A stretch of DNA of 64,000 nt from Balanoglossus misakiensis (lineage: Eukaryota > Animalia > Hemichordata): positions 12,653,803-12,717,802 of the forward strand of contig CM082577.2 in NCBI GenBank assembly GCA_040954595.2, in the 5' to 3' direction. The stretch's first letter is position 1; each line of letters opens with the position of its first letter. The translations under genes and the position numbers were made by a program. The notes under the pieces were generated by a model, which made no database searches, was not told where the DNA came from, and saw only the letters and a program-made list of their open reading frames with translations. Below are positions 63,896 to 64,000 of this stretch, in pieces.

Positions 63896-64000
63896 TTGTG
63901 CGTAAGCTCCGGCCACACAGGGACAGGGGCGTAGGCGACTTTGAACGAATATTTCCTTCTACCAATCGTGTCCTGAACTGTGTATTTCAATTTATCTTCG
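63896..64000 (-). CDS. Sialyltransferase motif-L exon, mirrored copy (partial, continues beyond window)
   Basis: Reverse complement of 49541-49645. Confidence 0.8.

Larger units (their letters stand above)
49541..64000. repeat. Giant inverted duplication: left arm (<=49541)-56672, spacer 56673-56869, right arm 56870-(>=64000)
   Basis: All ORFs mirror with coordinate sum 113541-113542; only scattered substitutions and 1-bp indels. Confidence 0.97.

Overview
Eukaryotic, intron-containing, AT-rich animal DNA. Gene content suggests a marine invertebrate deuterostome; this is an inference. (1) A minus-strand gene has a signal-peptide exon (23014-23083) and six near-identical 597-bp phase-1 pentraxin exons (176-6715), predicting a ~1218-aa secreted six-pentraxin polypeptide. 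(2) Its ~16.3-kb first intron is almost filled by three tandem copies of a defective, internally inverted Penelope-like (Naiad-type RT + GIY-YIG) retroelement. Each copy carries two minimal hammerhead ribozymes, and the copies alternate with almost perfect (TATG)n arrays of ~2.5, 2.5, 1.4 and 0.18 kb. (3) A neighbouring 7-exon gene (25994-29172) shares promoter, leader exon and 3' UTR with the pentraxin gene, but encodes a hevein-like module plus three PCSK9-C-terminal-like modules and no protease domain. (4) Also present are a filamin/NHL pseudogene fragment, a 3-exon CYP2-clan P450, many MITEs and hairpin elements, and ST8Sia-like sialyltransferase exons. (5) A giant, nearly perfect inverted duplication (arms >7.1 kb, 197-bp spacer at 56673-56869) runs off the window end. 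All calls were made by eye from sequence and motifs; no database searches were run.
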